A stretch of DNA of 64,000 nt. Origin: Cycas panzhihuaensis (taxonomy: Eukaryota; Plantae; Cycadophyta). Positions 11,299 to 23,821 of this stretch are shown here, piece by piece (within the stretch, counting starts at the first letter, position 1; every line of letters begins with the position of its first letter). The notes under the pieces are model-generated. The model ran no database searches, had not been told where the DNA came from, and saw only the letters and a list, made by a program, of their open reading frames with translations. Where the stretch lies: assembly GCA_023213395.1 (NCBI GenBank), contig CM041465.1, forward strand, positions 53,575,741 through 53,639,740. The letters are read 5' to 3'. The translations under genes were made by a program, and so were the position numbers.

Positions 11299-14098
11299 AG
11301 GGAGAGAAAGAGAACATAATAGAAAATTAGAGTTCTATGAGGGTGTTTCCCCTCAATATGATGCCGCAAAGCATATTAGACATCTCACTTTGTTAATGGT
11401 ATGCAGTACACTTCTTTGTTCATCCAACATAATTACACACCTTAAATGATATGAATATCACACATTCACAAGCAATAAATAATTCTAATAAGCAATGACA
11501 ATGCTTATTCAATTTTTAAAATGTATTGGCAAATCAAAGTAGTGTAAAATAATAAAGTATACACTTTGAGTTTAGCAAAGTTAGCCAAAAGTTCAAAATG
11601 TATGAAGGCATTTGTACTATGTCTATGACATGATCAAACTCTTACAAATTGTTATCCTTCCATGGGAATTATTTCCCTAATACTTAGATGTGCATCCTTA
11701 GACAAATGATAATCATAGTAAGGAATACAAATGTTGCTTTACCTTTCAGAATGTGTAAACTAGTCATTGTTGTATAGCATGATATAAGAGTTATAAATTA
11801 AAGATAATGACCTTCATGACCCATTGGAGGCAATCTTAACAATAATTTTGTATTAAGTGCACACTCTCTCTCTCTCTCTCTCCATGCATTAATCTAAATT
11901 ATTATCAAAGATATTCCATGTTAATAGGGCCAAGTAAAGGTTTATAGATTCATAAAAATTCTTAAGGTATAAGATTGTAGATTCTTATCGATAAGACACT
12001 TGGAAAATAGGGTATCACTTGGTAACTCCTAGAATTACATATCCTTCTATTTCTAAAAGAGGCATTGGATGCATGTATGCATGATGGGATTTCAACTAGT
12101 AAATTAGTGTTATTCTCATGAATTATTCATGGCAGGTCCCCATAATCCACCAATATATGCATTTGATAATGAGAATGGAAGTCTAACTTCATAATTGTAA
12201 AGCAATAGTCCAGCTAGAATGGTTGAAATTATTTTTCACACTAAAAAATAAAATTACTCTATTAAACACAATTAGGTGGATGGGACTATATCCATGACTG
12301 ATTTTATAGGGCATTAATCTTGAGCATTGAGATATGTTCACAGGTAAATAAGGAAACAGTTCTACCAGGATTTAAAACTTATGTTCATAATTCACTTAAT
12401 CATCATCTCATTATTAATACCTCTTCATTACCAAGTTGAAACATTTAAATAAACTTCTATGTGCAACTACCTGCTTAAAATCCACTCAATGTAGAACTAT
12501 ATTAAATAAAACATTAATGTCAAATAGGCATTAGCCTAATAATACTTCCTTGTAATGACCAGTTTGAATTATACCTAACATATCTCTAAATTTACAAAAC
12601 TCAATTTCTATTTGTGTTTTTATGAAGATATATATGACTTACTTATTAGTGTTGTAATAAACCATCTTGAGCTCTCCTTACTAAACTAACTCTTTATTTC
12701 CTTAATTTTGGGCCTCCTCTCCAAAATCTAGGAATGTTAGATATGATTTCACTCTTAATAGTTCTATATACATTAAATCACATATTATTTCTTATCATTT
12801 ATTTAATGTTGCATATGATTAGGTATTTGTTTAGATTGCTTATGTATATTGCACCTCTCCCTCACTAATGACACAAAAGGGATACATTCTCTATAACATC
12901 TATTTCATTATGGAACTACAACATTGTAAGTTGAGTTGCATTACAATCACTACTCTCTTTATTGCCATTGTTGCACACTCATTACCATTATTTCACACAC
13001 ATACTTCATTTTCCATTATTTCACATGCTTCTTTGGCTCATTTGAATGTCTATTTTGCATTAACACAAGCCTATACTCCTTTGAGTTTGCTTATGTGGGC
13101 TAAACAAGGGTTAAGATCCCCTCTAAGTTAAGTATCTTGTGAGTTAAACATGAGTCTATGCACCTCTATGCAATTCATTTTGGACAACACAAGAATTTTC
13201 TATGGTTTTTCACACTTTTATCTTCTTTTATAATTTTTACCTTGATGTTGAATGTAATTATTTATAACACCAATATCATTATGTAAGTCTCTTCAAGTAA
13301 ATGTGAATTGATACTCATGGGTTAAAATCAAATATTGTATGAAGGAGTTATTCCCCTTTTACAACTTAAATGTTTTCCATGATCCTACTTTACACTTCTC
13401 GAGGCCAATGTCATAATTATCCCTTTAAAATAGCATATTTCTTTCAAAAACTAACTTCGTGATGATTTTCTTACTCATTTTGAGGGTTTATTTATAATGT
13501 TGGTATCTTTCATTAAGCCAATTTATCCTAATTCAACCTAATTCTCTCTAACTAAGTTTAGAATCCCTTTCTTTATTTACTTATAGTTAAACAAGGCATT
13601 AGTTATTTAATTTCTAATATGTTTTTGTTGCTAGATCAATGATTGATGCATGCTTTGATTTGCTAAATTTATAGTACTAATTCATTATTTTTATTGATAT
13701 TTGTCATACCATAGTTCTCTCTATTCATACCACATATCTATTATATAACTCCTATAATATTACTTTGTTTATATTGTACATCATTAATACATAATCTATA
13801 GTATTACTGCAAGTCACATATTATTCATTCGTGGTATTATCTATCATCTACTATGACTCTCTAGTATACATCACATGATATTGATATACTTGTTACACTA
13901 TATTTTAATAGTATGTTTTATTTTTGTAGAACAATTTTAGTGGTATGATCTAAATTCATATATTTTAATCAATTTTGCTTTTTTATGTTTAAGTTATTTT
14001 TTTTCCTAATTTTGATTTGATAATCTTTAATTTCTAAATTTTATTTATACATTGTCTGTCATCACTCTTAAATTAATTCATTCTTTTACTTGTTTGAT

Positions 14099-14144
<46 letters not shown>
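14099..14144. repeat. (CT)n microsatellite
   Basis: Directly visible; shorter paralogue near 51965-51980. Confidence 0.95.
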
Positions 14145-14147
<3 letters not shown>

Positions 14148-16864
14148 GTGTGTGTCTTGTTTCATCTTGTTGAAGTGACTATTAAGTACACTCATATAGC
14201 CTTATCCCAATCTTAAGGCAACATTTCTATCCCTTTTTATTTAGTTTTCTCTAGTATTATCTTATAGAAAGAAGAAATTTGGATAAGAAAAAAACTTGTT
14301 TTCTCTCATTTATCATCACTTAAAGATACCTCTCATGCAACAAATCAGATATGAGCCTCTTTATCTTGTTTAGTTTATTTTAGGTCTTTCATTTGATTGA
14401 TGATTGCAAAGGAAATAATAGAAATAAATTAATTGATTTATTTTGGAAGAATATATAAAATAAATTGATGCAGTAAACAAACATTCATGAAAGACACCTT
14501 ATTTGCTCTTTATAAATACCTTCATATTCGCATATAAATATGCTTTCATCACTCATAGGGATTGTATTTCTTATGTAATGACTTTATATTTCTTTCTTCT
14601 AGGGTTTTATCTTGGCTCTAGGCATTTCTATAGATTAAAAGAATATGACCTAAATCAGAGTAAAACATTATGGTGATTATACTAGACATCACTTTATTAT
14701 CCCATTTTCTCTTATATAACATCATCTTTCTTATTGCTTCCTTAGTCTTCTTTCACTTATTAAACATTATATTCCATTATGAAGATCACTTCATATTTGT
14801 AAGATAATATTTTAGAGTCTATATCTAGGAGTTCCCATGTTATGATTGTTGCAACAATCATTCATGGGTTTCACTTGTTAAATATTTCTTTGGAGTGGGC
14901 ACTCTTTTCTTCCCTTTATTTTTGGATTGTGATTTCAACCAATCTCACTATTAATATTCACTACACACAATTAAAATTCTCTATTATGGTACAATCTTCA
15001 TATAAAATGCATCATGAAACCTTGTAATTATGTATAACCCTTTTACTAATAAGACACTTATAGGAGATGTTATTAAGCATAAATATACACAGTCTTCCCC
15101 CTATTTTACCTTTCTCAAAATATGAAGTTGGTTCATGATCTCCAACTCTTTCACCTTCACCAAAAGTTGAAGTTGAGTTTCCCTTACAATCTATTTACCA
15201 AATAGCTCTTGAAGTTCCTTAGACTCCTTCTTCTAAGTAACTTCACATTACATTATGGTTATTTGCTTTAAACCTACAAGCTCTAGTAATGTGCATCAAA
15301 TCCAAAACTTAAAACTCACAAAAGTTCAATATAAAAATCAACCTTGAAGTGTTATGTCATTCTTACTATTAGTATTTTTTGGTCTTTATGTAGTTATTCA
15401 AATGATGGTTTTGATATTCAACACCCTTAAAAATAAAGTAGGATAAGTCTTAACTCAAGCAAGATTTAATTTCTCTTGTCAACTTCTCTCATCTTAAAAC
15501 TTTTCCTCATACAATCCTATGGCATCAAACCTTATGGGGGTAGCCATATTTAATCAAGGTTTAAATTCTCTTATACAAGTAACTCACCCATACTTATCAA
15601 CTTCTTCTATCAAAATATCAAGTTGGCCCTAGTAAATATTTGGAGCCTCTTATGTAAGGTATCCCATAACTTAAAACTATTACTTCATTGATAAATATAT
15701 TCCTTGCTTACATAGATACACCAATCCTTAGTGTACTCTTTATGTCACAAAGAGTCACTCTAATGATTAGTGTTGGATCCTTTATAAGATGGATTTCCAA
15801 CATTACCAACAATAATAACAACCCACTCACAATAATAATATGAAGAGAAAAAAAAAAAAAATAATCATGATTCCCCAAGTTTGTCTCCTAACCTCGAGGC
15901 TTCTTCTACATCTTCTAAAGAAGTGAACCCTTTGCCTAGGAACAAGTACATTGTTTCTCCTAAAGAATATATTCCTTATACTAGTAAAGGAAAATAGATA
16001 ATTGCTTAAAACTTTTACATATGGCCTCCTCTATAATGAGGATAAAAAATGATATATTGCCACTCATTTTCGTACCCCTAAAAATTAGTCTATATGAATG
16101 TAATTTATGAAATGTTTAATAGATAAATAAAATAAATAAAGGAGCAATTGAAGGATGTTTAGCCATAAAACACATCAATTAACATGTAGTAAAAATGATT
16201 ACATTGATAAGAAAAATAATAGTTAGTAGAATAACATTTTTATAAATGTTTCTATAATACTAAGAAGGCTAAAAACATGTGATGTGTATTTAACACAAAA
16301 AGGAAATAAACTAGAATTGTAAAATCTATCATTCTAATCTCTCGAAATTAAGATGTAGTGTAATCCATGCATATCGATAGAGATAAGTTAATTCAAATGA
16401 GTTACATCACAAATTTCTTAACAATAATAAAAAGAAATTAACATTAGATAGACCAAATATAAATCTTCAGATTATCAAGAAGGGATGTTTTATAACAAAC
16501 TATACATTAAGGTCTATTTAATATATATAAAAACATTTAAGAAAAACTCTATTTTCCCTTGATTAGTTATAAGGGCCTATTTTGGAGATGTTGAGGATGA
16601 TCAAAGTGAAAAATATATAGAATAAGAATGTGAGAAATGTCAAAGGTTCAATATGACAATTATTGAATGCTCTACACTTTATTGATCAATCATTTGATTG
16701 TATATATATAATTGTGGAGAAGGTATGAATGACAACCGATTAACATAATTGTGCCACTTGTCACCTTGAGAGAGGAGAGGAGAAGGGTTGAGGACCCTCA
16801 ATAAAATACATTAGGAACACATCATAACCCTAGATAAAACATTAGCTTCTACACCCCCTCTTAA

Positions 16865-19800
16865 TATTTTCTCTATATTAATTGTAACTGATTTCTAAAG
16901 AAAAAGAAATTTTCCCTCCCAAGAGATTTGGTAAGAACGTTAGTCATTTGTTCTCTTGAAGTATAATGCTAAAGCTTAATTTCTCTATTTTGCACTTTTT
17001 CTCTGATGAAGTGATGGTGCACTTTTATGTAATTTGTTCTTACATGCAATACTGGGTTCTTTGTCATTTTGATTATGCTTTGATTGTTACAAAATATTTG
17101 AGTAGGCACCACTTGCTTTTGTCCTAGATTATTCAAGAGTTGTCTGATCCATACTCCTCTGCATGCTGCATTGACTGCAACCTTATATTTAGCCTCTATT
17201 GAAAATAATACAACCACGTATTACTTTTTTCTACTCCAAGAGATCAATGATTCCCCTAGGAAGAAATAATACCCTAATGTAGATTTCCTATCTATTTTGT
17301 TTCAAGCCCAATTTGAGTTGCAAAACCTAGTTAGCTACATATTGTTCTAATCCAAGACTTGTTGTTCACTTTAAGTATCACAGGATTCTCTTTGCAACAT
17401 TCCAATGAGGGACTTTGGGATTTTCCATAAACCTGGAGACTATACCAATTGCATGTGAAATGTCAGGCTACATGGATGTGAGATAAATTAGGCTTCTAAT
17501 CAATTGTTTGTATATGGTTGCATCAACTAGTTGTGCTTCTTGTTCTATGCTTAGTATAATTCTAGTTTCCATTGCTGTGGTGATGCTATTACAACTATCC
17601 ATTTTGAATTTGTGTAGTAAATTTTTGACATATCTAGACTGTGAAAGAACAATGGAGTGATTATTTTGTTCTATTTCTATACCAATGTAGTAATGCAACA
17701 TTCCTAGATCTATCATTTCAAAAACCTTCTCAAATCACTTTTTGATAAATGTTATTGAATCCTTGTCAGCTCCAGTAATCAACATGTCATCTACATATAC
17801 TAGTATGATAGATGTTAAGACCTTATTAGATTTTACATATAGATTGTGATCTAATTCAATTTGGTGGAAGCCATTTTGAGTGAGATATGAATCCAACTTA
17901 GCATACTAGGCTCATCATACTTGTTTAAGACCGTACAATGCTTTTCTTAATTTGTAGACCATATTTTCTTGTCATAATTTTATATATCTTTCAAGATGAT
18001 ACATATACACTTCTTTCTGCAAATCACCATTTAGAAACACACTTTTAACATCCATTTGATAGATCTTCAATCCTTTTGAGTTGAAATTGTAATCATGGTT
18101 CTTACTATATTTAGTTTTGCTACTAGAAAGAATGTTTCTTCATAATCAATTCTATCTATTTATGTGTAGCCTTTTGCGATTAGTCTTACCTCATATTTTT
18201 TAACTTTTCCATTTGGATTTTCCTTTATTTTGTATACCCATTTACAATTTACAATAGGTTTATATTTAGGAGCTGGTACCAAGTCCCATGTTTTATTTTT
18301 ATGTATGGATTCAATCTTTGTGTCCATTGCCGCTTTCCAGTCTTGAGAGTTACTTGCTTCTTCATAAGAGCTTGGTTCCACAAAGCACACTAAAGCTTGT
18401 GATCTCTGAGATCTGGTTTGATGTTCAAATATTTCTCCTTTTGTTTCCTCAAGGGTCTTGAGATACCATTTTAGCACTCATTTTAAGGAATATTCTTGTG
18501 GTGACTTGGTTTCTTCATCTGAACCACTATCTTGTTGCATATCTGATAGATGAGTATTAGAATCATATGCTTATTGGTTATCTGACATCATTTCCTCTAA
18601 AGTGTTATTTTTTGCTCTAATGCTCTCAGAGGTAATATTTGATTTATCTTCTAACTGAATAGATTATGGGTTTTAATCATCAATATTTATTTCTTGAGGC
18701 AATGTTTTATCAAGTTCCTTTTTCTCATCAAAAATTACATCCCTGCTTATATATAGTTTGTCTATCTTTGGATTAAGACATCTGTATGCTTTTGAATGAC
18801 TACTATACCCAACCATTATGCCTTCTATGCTTTTATTATCCAACCTAGTACTTTTCTTATCAGGGATGTGAACATATGCTTTGTAATTAAAAGTCTTCAG
18901 ATGACTTATATTGGGCTTATGTCCCGTCCATGCTTCTTCAAGTGTTGCAATATCTAGTGACTAAGTAGGACTTCTATTGATTAAATATACAACTATATGT
19001 ACAGCTTCTACCCAATATTTCTTAGTTATCCTACTATTATTTAGCATGCATTGAGCCATTTCTATAATAGTTCTATTCATTCTTTCTGTAGCCCCATTTG
19101 ATTGAGGTGTATAGGGAGTTATAAACTACCTACGAATTCCATGGGTTTTACAAAAATGGAGGAATTCATTACATGTAAATTCCCCCCTCCATCTGAATAA
19201 ATACATTTAATTTTCTTACTACTTTCCAATTCAATTTCTACCTTGAATTCTTTGAAATAACTAAATGACTCTAATTTGCTAGAAAGAAAGTATACCCATG
19301 TTTTCCTTAAAAAATTATCAATGAAAGTTAAGAAATACCTTTTCCTATTTGTTGAAACTGGTGTGAACGGTCCATACAGATCAATGTGTATTAGCTCCAA
19401 CTTATTTTGTGCATGCCACGTGCTTTTTGAGAATGGACTCCTATGTTGTTTTCCCATCATACAACCTTTGCATATAAAATAATTGAAAGACATATCTAAT
19501 AAGCCATTCACCATCTTGAATTTCTTTAATTTTTCTAACCTATCATGAGAGATATAACCATACTTCAAATGTCACATTTCATTAGTATCAGTATTGGTTA
19601 CAACAAGAGACTTTACATCAGAAGGTATTTTAGTGGGGCCTTTATCAGGAAGTATAGGAGTGGAGAGAAGTTTATATAGCCTATTATACTTTTCTCCTTT
19701 GGCTATTATAGTGCCATTGTTTTTTATATCAAGGATGTAATAAAAACCAAATTCATCAAATACTATTCTCATTTTTTTTATTACTTAACTAAGACACTGA

Positions 19801-21018
19801 CATAAGATTCTTCTTCATTCTTGGCATAAAGAAGACATTGCCTATGCATTGAACTTTTCCATCAATTTGTATAGTAATTTGTCATATTCCTTTTATATGC
19901 AAAGAAAAATTGTCTTCTAATTTAACAGATTTGTTAAGGTCATAAGGTTTGATGACTTCAAACCACTCTTCAATGCCTATCATATGATGTGAAGCTCTTG
20001 AATCAATGTACCAATTTTTTGTTGCTATGGCATTTGTGGTTAATGCTACGATGAAGGTTGTTTTGACTTTTTCTTCTACTGTGTATTTTTCTCTGCTATA
20101 ATTTCTAGTCACCTGTTGTTTTCCTTTTTGAATTTTGACTCATCTTTGGTAATACTAGTATGGAAAAAGACATGTTTGTCTGCAATGATAGTAGACTTCA
20201 AAGGCTCTACAATTACTTGAAAAATGGCCTAGTTTGTCATAGTTGAAGCAAGGTCTAGCATCTCGTGGTGGGTTTCTTACTCATCCTCTTCCTTCAGTCC
20301 AACGTCCCCTATAAGTCCAACGTCCCCTATAAGTAGTTGGTGCTCTTCCTCATAACCTTAGATTTGTTTGTCCTCATCCTCTGCCTCCTAAGTGGAGTTT
20401 AGTGACAAATGCTTCTTCAACTTTTGAGTCTTCTTTATATATTTGGTTTCTTTATTCTTGACTTAACATATGATCTATAAGGACATCAAAAGTCATTATG
20501 GCAGTTTTCCCTCCTCTTGTCAATATGTTTACTATATTATCAAAGAACTTAGGAAGTTTGTTAAGTACAAGATGTATTAACTCAGTGTCAGTTAACTTAT
20601 CTCTAGCAGTGAGAAGAGTAGTTTTAATATTGGTTAGCCTTGTTATGAATTTTGATGTGGTTTAACCTTCCATCATTTTCAGTTTATAAAGTTCTTCTCT
20701 TAGGGCCACAATTCTTGTTTCATTTTTTCTACAGAACATGGAGGACATTATTTTCCATATTTCACTGGTATGTTATAAGCCATCCACATATACCAATAAG
20801 GAATCAGAAATTGAGAGCTTAAGTATAGAGAATATTATATTATTCCTTTCTTCCTAATTTATTAAATCTACAACATTAGATGCATGCTTTTATTCCCCAG
20901 TGGTAATCTTCCAGGCATGTTTTACCCTCAAAAGACCCTCTATTTTTATCTTCCAAATACTGCAATTCATTTTAGTTAATTTATCATTTTTAGGCAGTGA
21001 TCTTGTAGAGGTAACCAT
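16865..21018 (-). pseudogene. copia gag-pol polyprotein, fragmented
   Basis: Start ATG at 21018; protease WYIDSRASHHM (19882-20112), integrase CKGC...LELIHIDLYGP (19119-19568), RT CKWVYKIK...LIAKGY (18160-18477), RNase H SIEAKY...IKVHHHFIRE (16969-17217). Confidence 0.95.
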
Positions 21019-21108
21019 AATTATTTATGATTTAACTACTGAGAAGGTCAAATTTAATGACAGAAGGCTACAAGGATAAATGTATAGATGGTTGCATGGA
21101 ATTCTGTG

Positions 21109-21378
21109 CAGAACCCAAAGTGTATGAACAAGAAAAATGATAGTTGTAAACTGAAGTACTCACAAATGGATATCCAAAAATATGTTTATTATCTCAAAAT
21201 AGTCTCAAGTATGAGAGATATGGCAGTAAGAAGGTGAAAACCTACACAGAACCCTAAGTGTATAGACAAGAAAAATAATGGTCCCAAGTAGAAGTACTTG
21301 TAAATGGGTATCCAAAAATATGTTTATTGTCTTAAAATTGTCTTAGTTCTGAGAGATATGACAATAAGAAGGTGAAAA
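21109..21378. repeat. Two-copy direct repeat (period 138 bp) in the copia 5' leader
   Basis: cagaaccc...atccaaaaatatgtttatt...aagaaggtgaaaa starts at 21109 and 21247. Confidence 0.85.
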
Positions 21379-22804
21379 TTTGCCCCCAAGGATTTCAGAG
21401 AAAATAGAGAAAAAACTTTTAAAAATCTAATCAAATATCTTAAAAGATGGAATTAACACTATTAATCAATGAGAGGAGTTTTTGGCACCTTGAATCAGTG
21501 ATATTAAGAGAATTTTAAAGACTTTTGAAGAGGCAAGCCTTAAACCTGTGCACCCTTCTGACTGGTCAAAATTGTACCAAAACGACTTCAAATGATGTTG
21601 CTCTAGAAGAGAAATGTATCGAGGAAGGCTCGATCTACAATTTGGGTAAGTTTCATCAAATTCTAAGGACTTTGAATTTTACCATCCATACAAGGCCCTA
21701 CATTTCTGTACGATTATGTGATCTCCTTTGAAACTAGCTTGACGTTTGCTTTGAATGAACTTGACCTTCAAAAGAGAATGTTCTTTGACAAAGACTTGAT
21801 TCAATCTTTCTTCTTCAGAGAAACCTTAGCTTAACTCTCTCACAAACAAGAGGACCCAATGACCTGCTCTGATACCATGCCAAAGGTTCAATATGATAAT
21901 TATTGAATTCTCTACACTTTATTAATCAATCATTTGATTGTATATATATAATTATAGAGAAGGTACAAATGATAACCACTTAATAGGATTGTGCCACTTG
22001 TCACCTTGAGAGAGGAGAGGAGAAGGGTTGAGGACCCTCAATAAAATACATTAGGAACACATCATAATCCTAGATAAAACATTAGCTTCTACAAGAAAAA
22101 CATGAGATAAAGGGGTCATAGCTAAGACTACATACTAGGTAGACTAAGCGAAATTAATCTTTAAAAACCTATCTTCTTTTGGCTTTTCACTTTTTAAACC
22201 CTCTTGGTGTTGTAATAGTTAGGCTATATGAAGAAGACCCAACACTCTTATTAGTTACATGCATCTCTTTGTGAATAGCTTTACAATCATTTGAACTCTT
22301 CCACATCAATTTGGAGTTGGTATATAAGTGTCATGTTTAATAATTCAAATGATACCCTAATATTCAATAATTTTTCTTCATTATTCAATCTATTTTTATT
22401 TTCCTTTTAAGTCAATAGTTATTCATCATGTTTAATCTAACTTGAATCTTTTGTAAGTAGGGTTCTATAGGTAATAAGTATGTCCATTTTAGGGAGAGAG
22501 CAACTTATTCTTCTTCACCAATTCCATGGTTATGGTGATGTTTTGCTTGCTTAAACAATATTAAAAATAAAAATATACACCCATAGAAAATAAATCTCAC
22601 TATAAATTAGGATGTTTGAACTCGATTGAATGGTGGAATTTGCATTGATGATCTAAGTTTTTGAAGCTATGAGTGATTTGTCGCTCATCCTTTTATGAAT
22701 TATAGAGTGAAAATGATCCAAAATATCTCTTAGATCGTCTTTTACTTACTTTATAATTCACTCATGTGTATTGAATATGGTTTGCACTATTCTATCATTT
22801 AGAT

Positions 22805-23165
22805 TGTTAGTATGATAGTTAATTATTAAACTACTTATTAATGTTAATATGGTGGATTAATTAATGTGATTAATAAAAAGGTATGAGTTATGTAAAGAGT
22901 CACAACCCTGAATGATTAACACATCTTGAGGGATTATAAATATCTTGAATTCCCTTGTATATTTATATTAATCAAGTGGTAATCAATGTGATTAATAGAT
23001 ATTTTATGGTGGGCATTTTTCCTAAAAGGGTTTTCCACGTATATCATGTGTATTATGTAACTATTTTCTATGTTTATCTTGTTTTCTTATTGTATATGGT
23101 AAAAATTTTTATAAATGTAAATATGTATGTATTTATTCATATTTCTTAACATTGCATTAGAGCCA
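22805..23165 (+). mobile_element. Old LTR relic with decayed PBS
   Basis: tgttag...cttaaca (ends 23151) followed by ttgcattagagcc (decayed tggtatcagagcc); contains aagggttttccac also seen in the 36197 LTR; no partner LTR found; left boundary approximate. Confidence 0.5.
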
Positions 23166-23821
23166 TAGGGTCCTACACAACTAAGGTTAGAGTTGGATGG
23201 AGTAACGAGATCATAGATTTCTAAGTGAAGCTATCAAAACCCAAGTTTTCTTAAGGACTTATTTTCTCCAACTTATAGAAGTAGTTGTACTATTCAATGA
23301 TGGCTGAGGAGGTGAAATACACCTATTAATAAGGTTAATGCACTATTTAAAGTCAAAAAATTAGACTTGTAAGCCTTTTATGGATTGAGTTGACTCATTG
23401 TAGGGTCATCTAGAGTTGGTTAGATATATTAGGCACTACTTAAGTCTAATAGAGCATATTTTGATGGATATCTAGTAGTGTTGGATATTATTGCATATTA
23501 TACAAGTAAGTTTACTCTATTTTTAAAGAAATTTAACTATATTTGGCATTAAAAAATCAATAGTTTACACTGAAGTAGTTAGAGTTCCTTACATGAGGGA
23601 GAGATTTTATCCTATTGAAGAGGTTTTCTATCTATAAGGAGGATATTGAGTACCAATAAAGGCTATTTTATGGACTATTCTAAGTGTGTTGATTGGATGT
23701 TGATGTTGGGCAACTTCTTGTAAGCTTGCATCCCTATTTTTCCTTATGATGAGTGTTATGCCTATATGAGACTAAATTAGGGCTTGTTTATGTAATTATT
23801 GGACTATATATGGGTAGTTTT

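Larger units (their letters stand above)
16638..22093 (-). mobile_element. Full-length degenerate Ty1/copia retrotransposon (5456 bp, 216-bp LTRs)
   Basis: LTRs 16638-16853 and 21878-22093; TSD AGAAA both sides; PBS at 21866-21877; PPT complement ccccctctt at 16854; domain order gag-PR-IN-RT-RH. Confidence 0.97.

Noticed and set aside
11131-11369. CV-rich and HT-rich ORFs (also 49070-49276)
   Set aside because: Translations of (TG)n microsatellites.
12868-13131. ORF open in both duplication copies (also 50803-51024), hydrophobic start
   Set aside because: About 14 of 73 residues differ, many non-conservatively, so no sign of purifying selection; no domain recognised.
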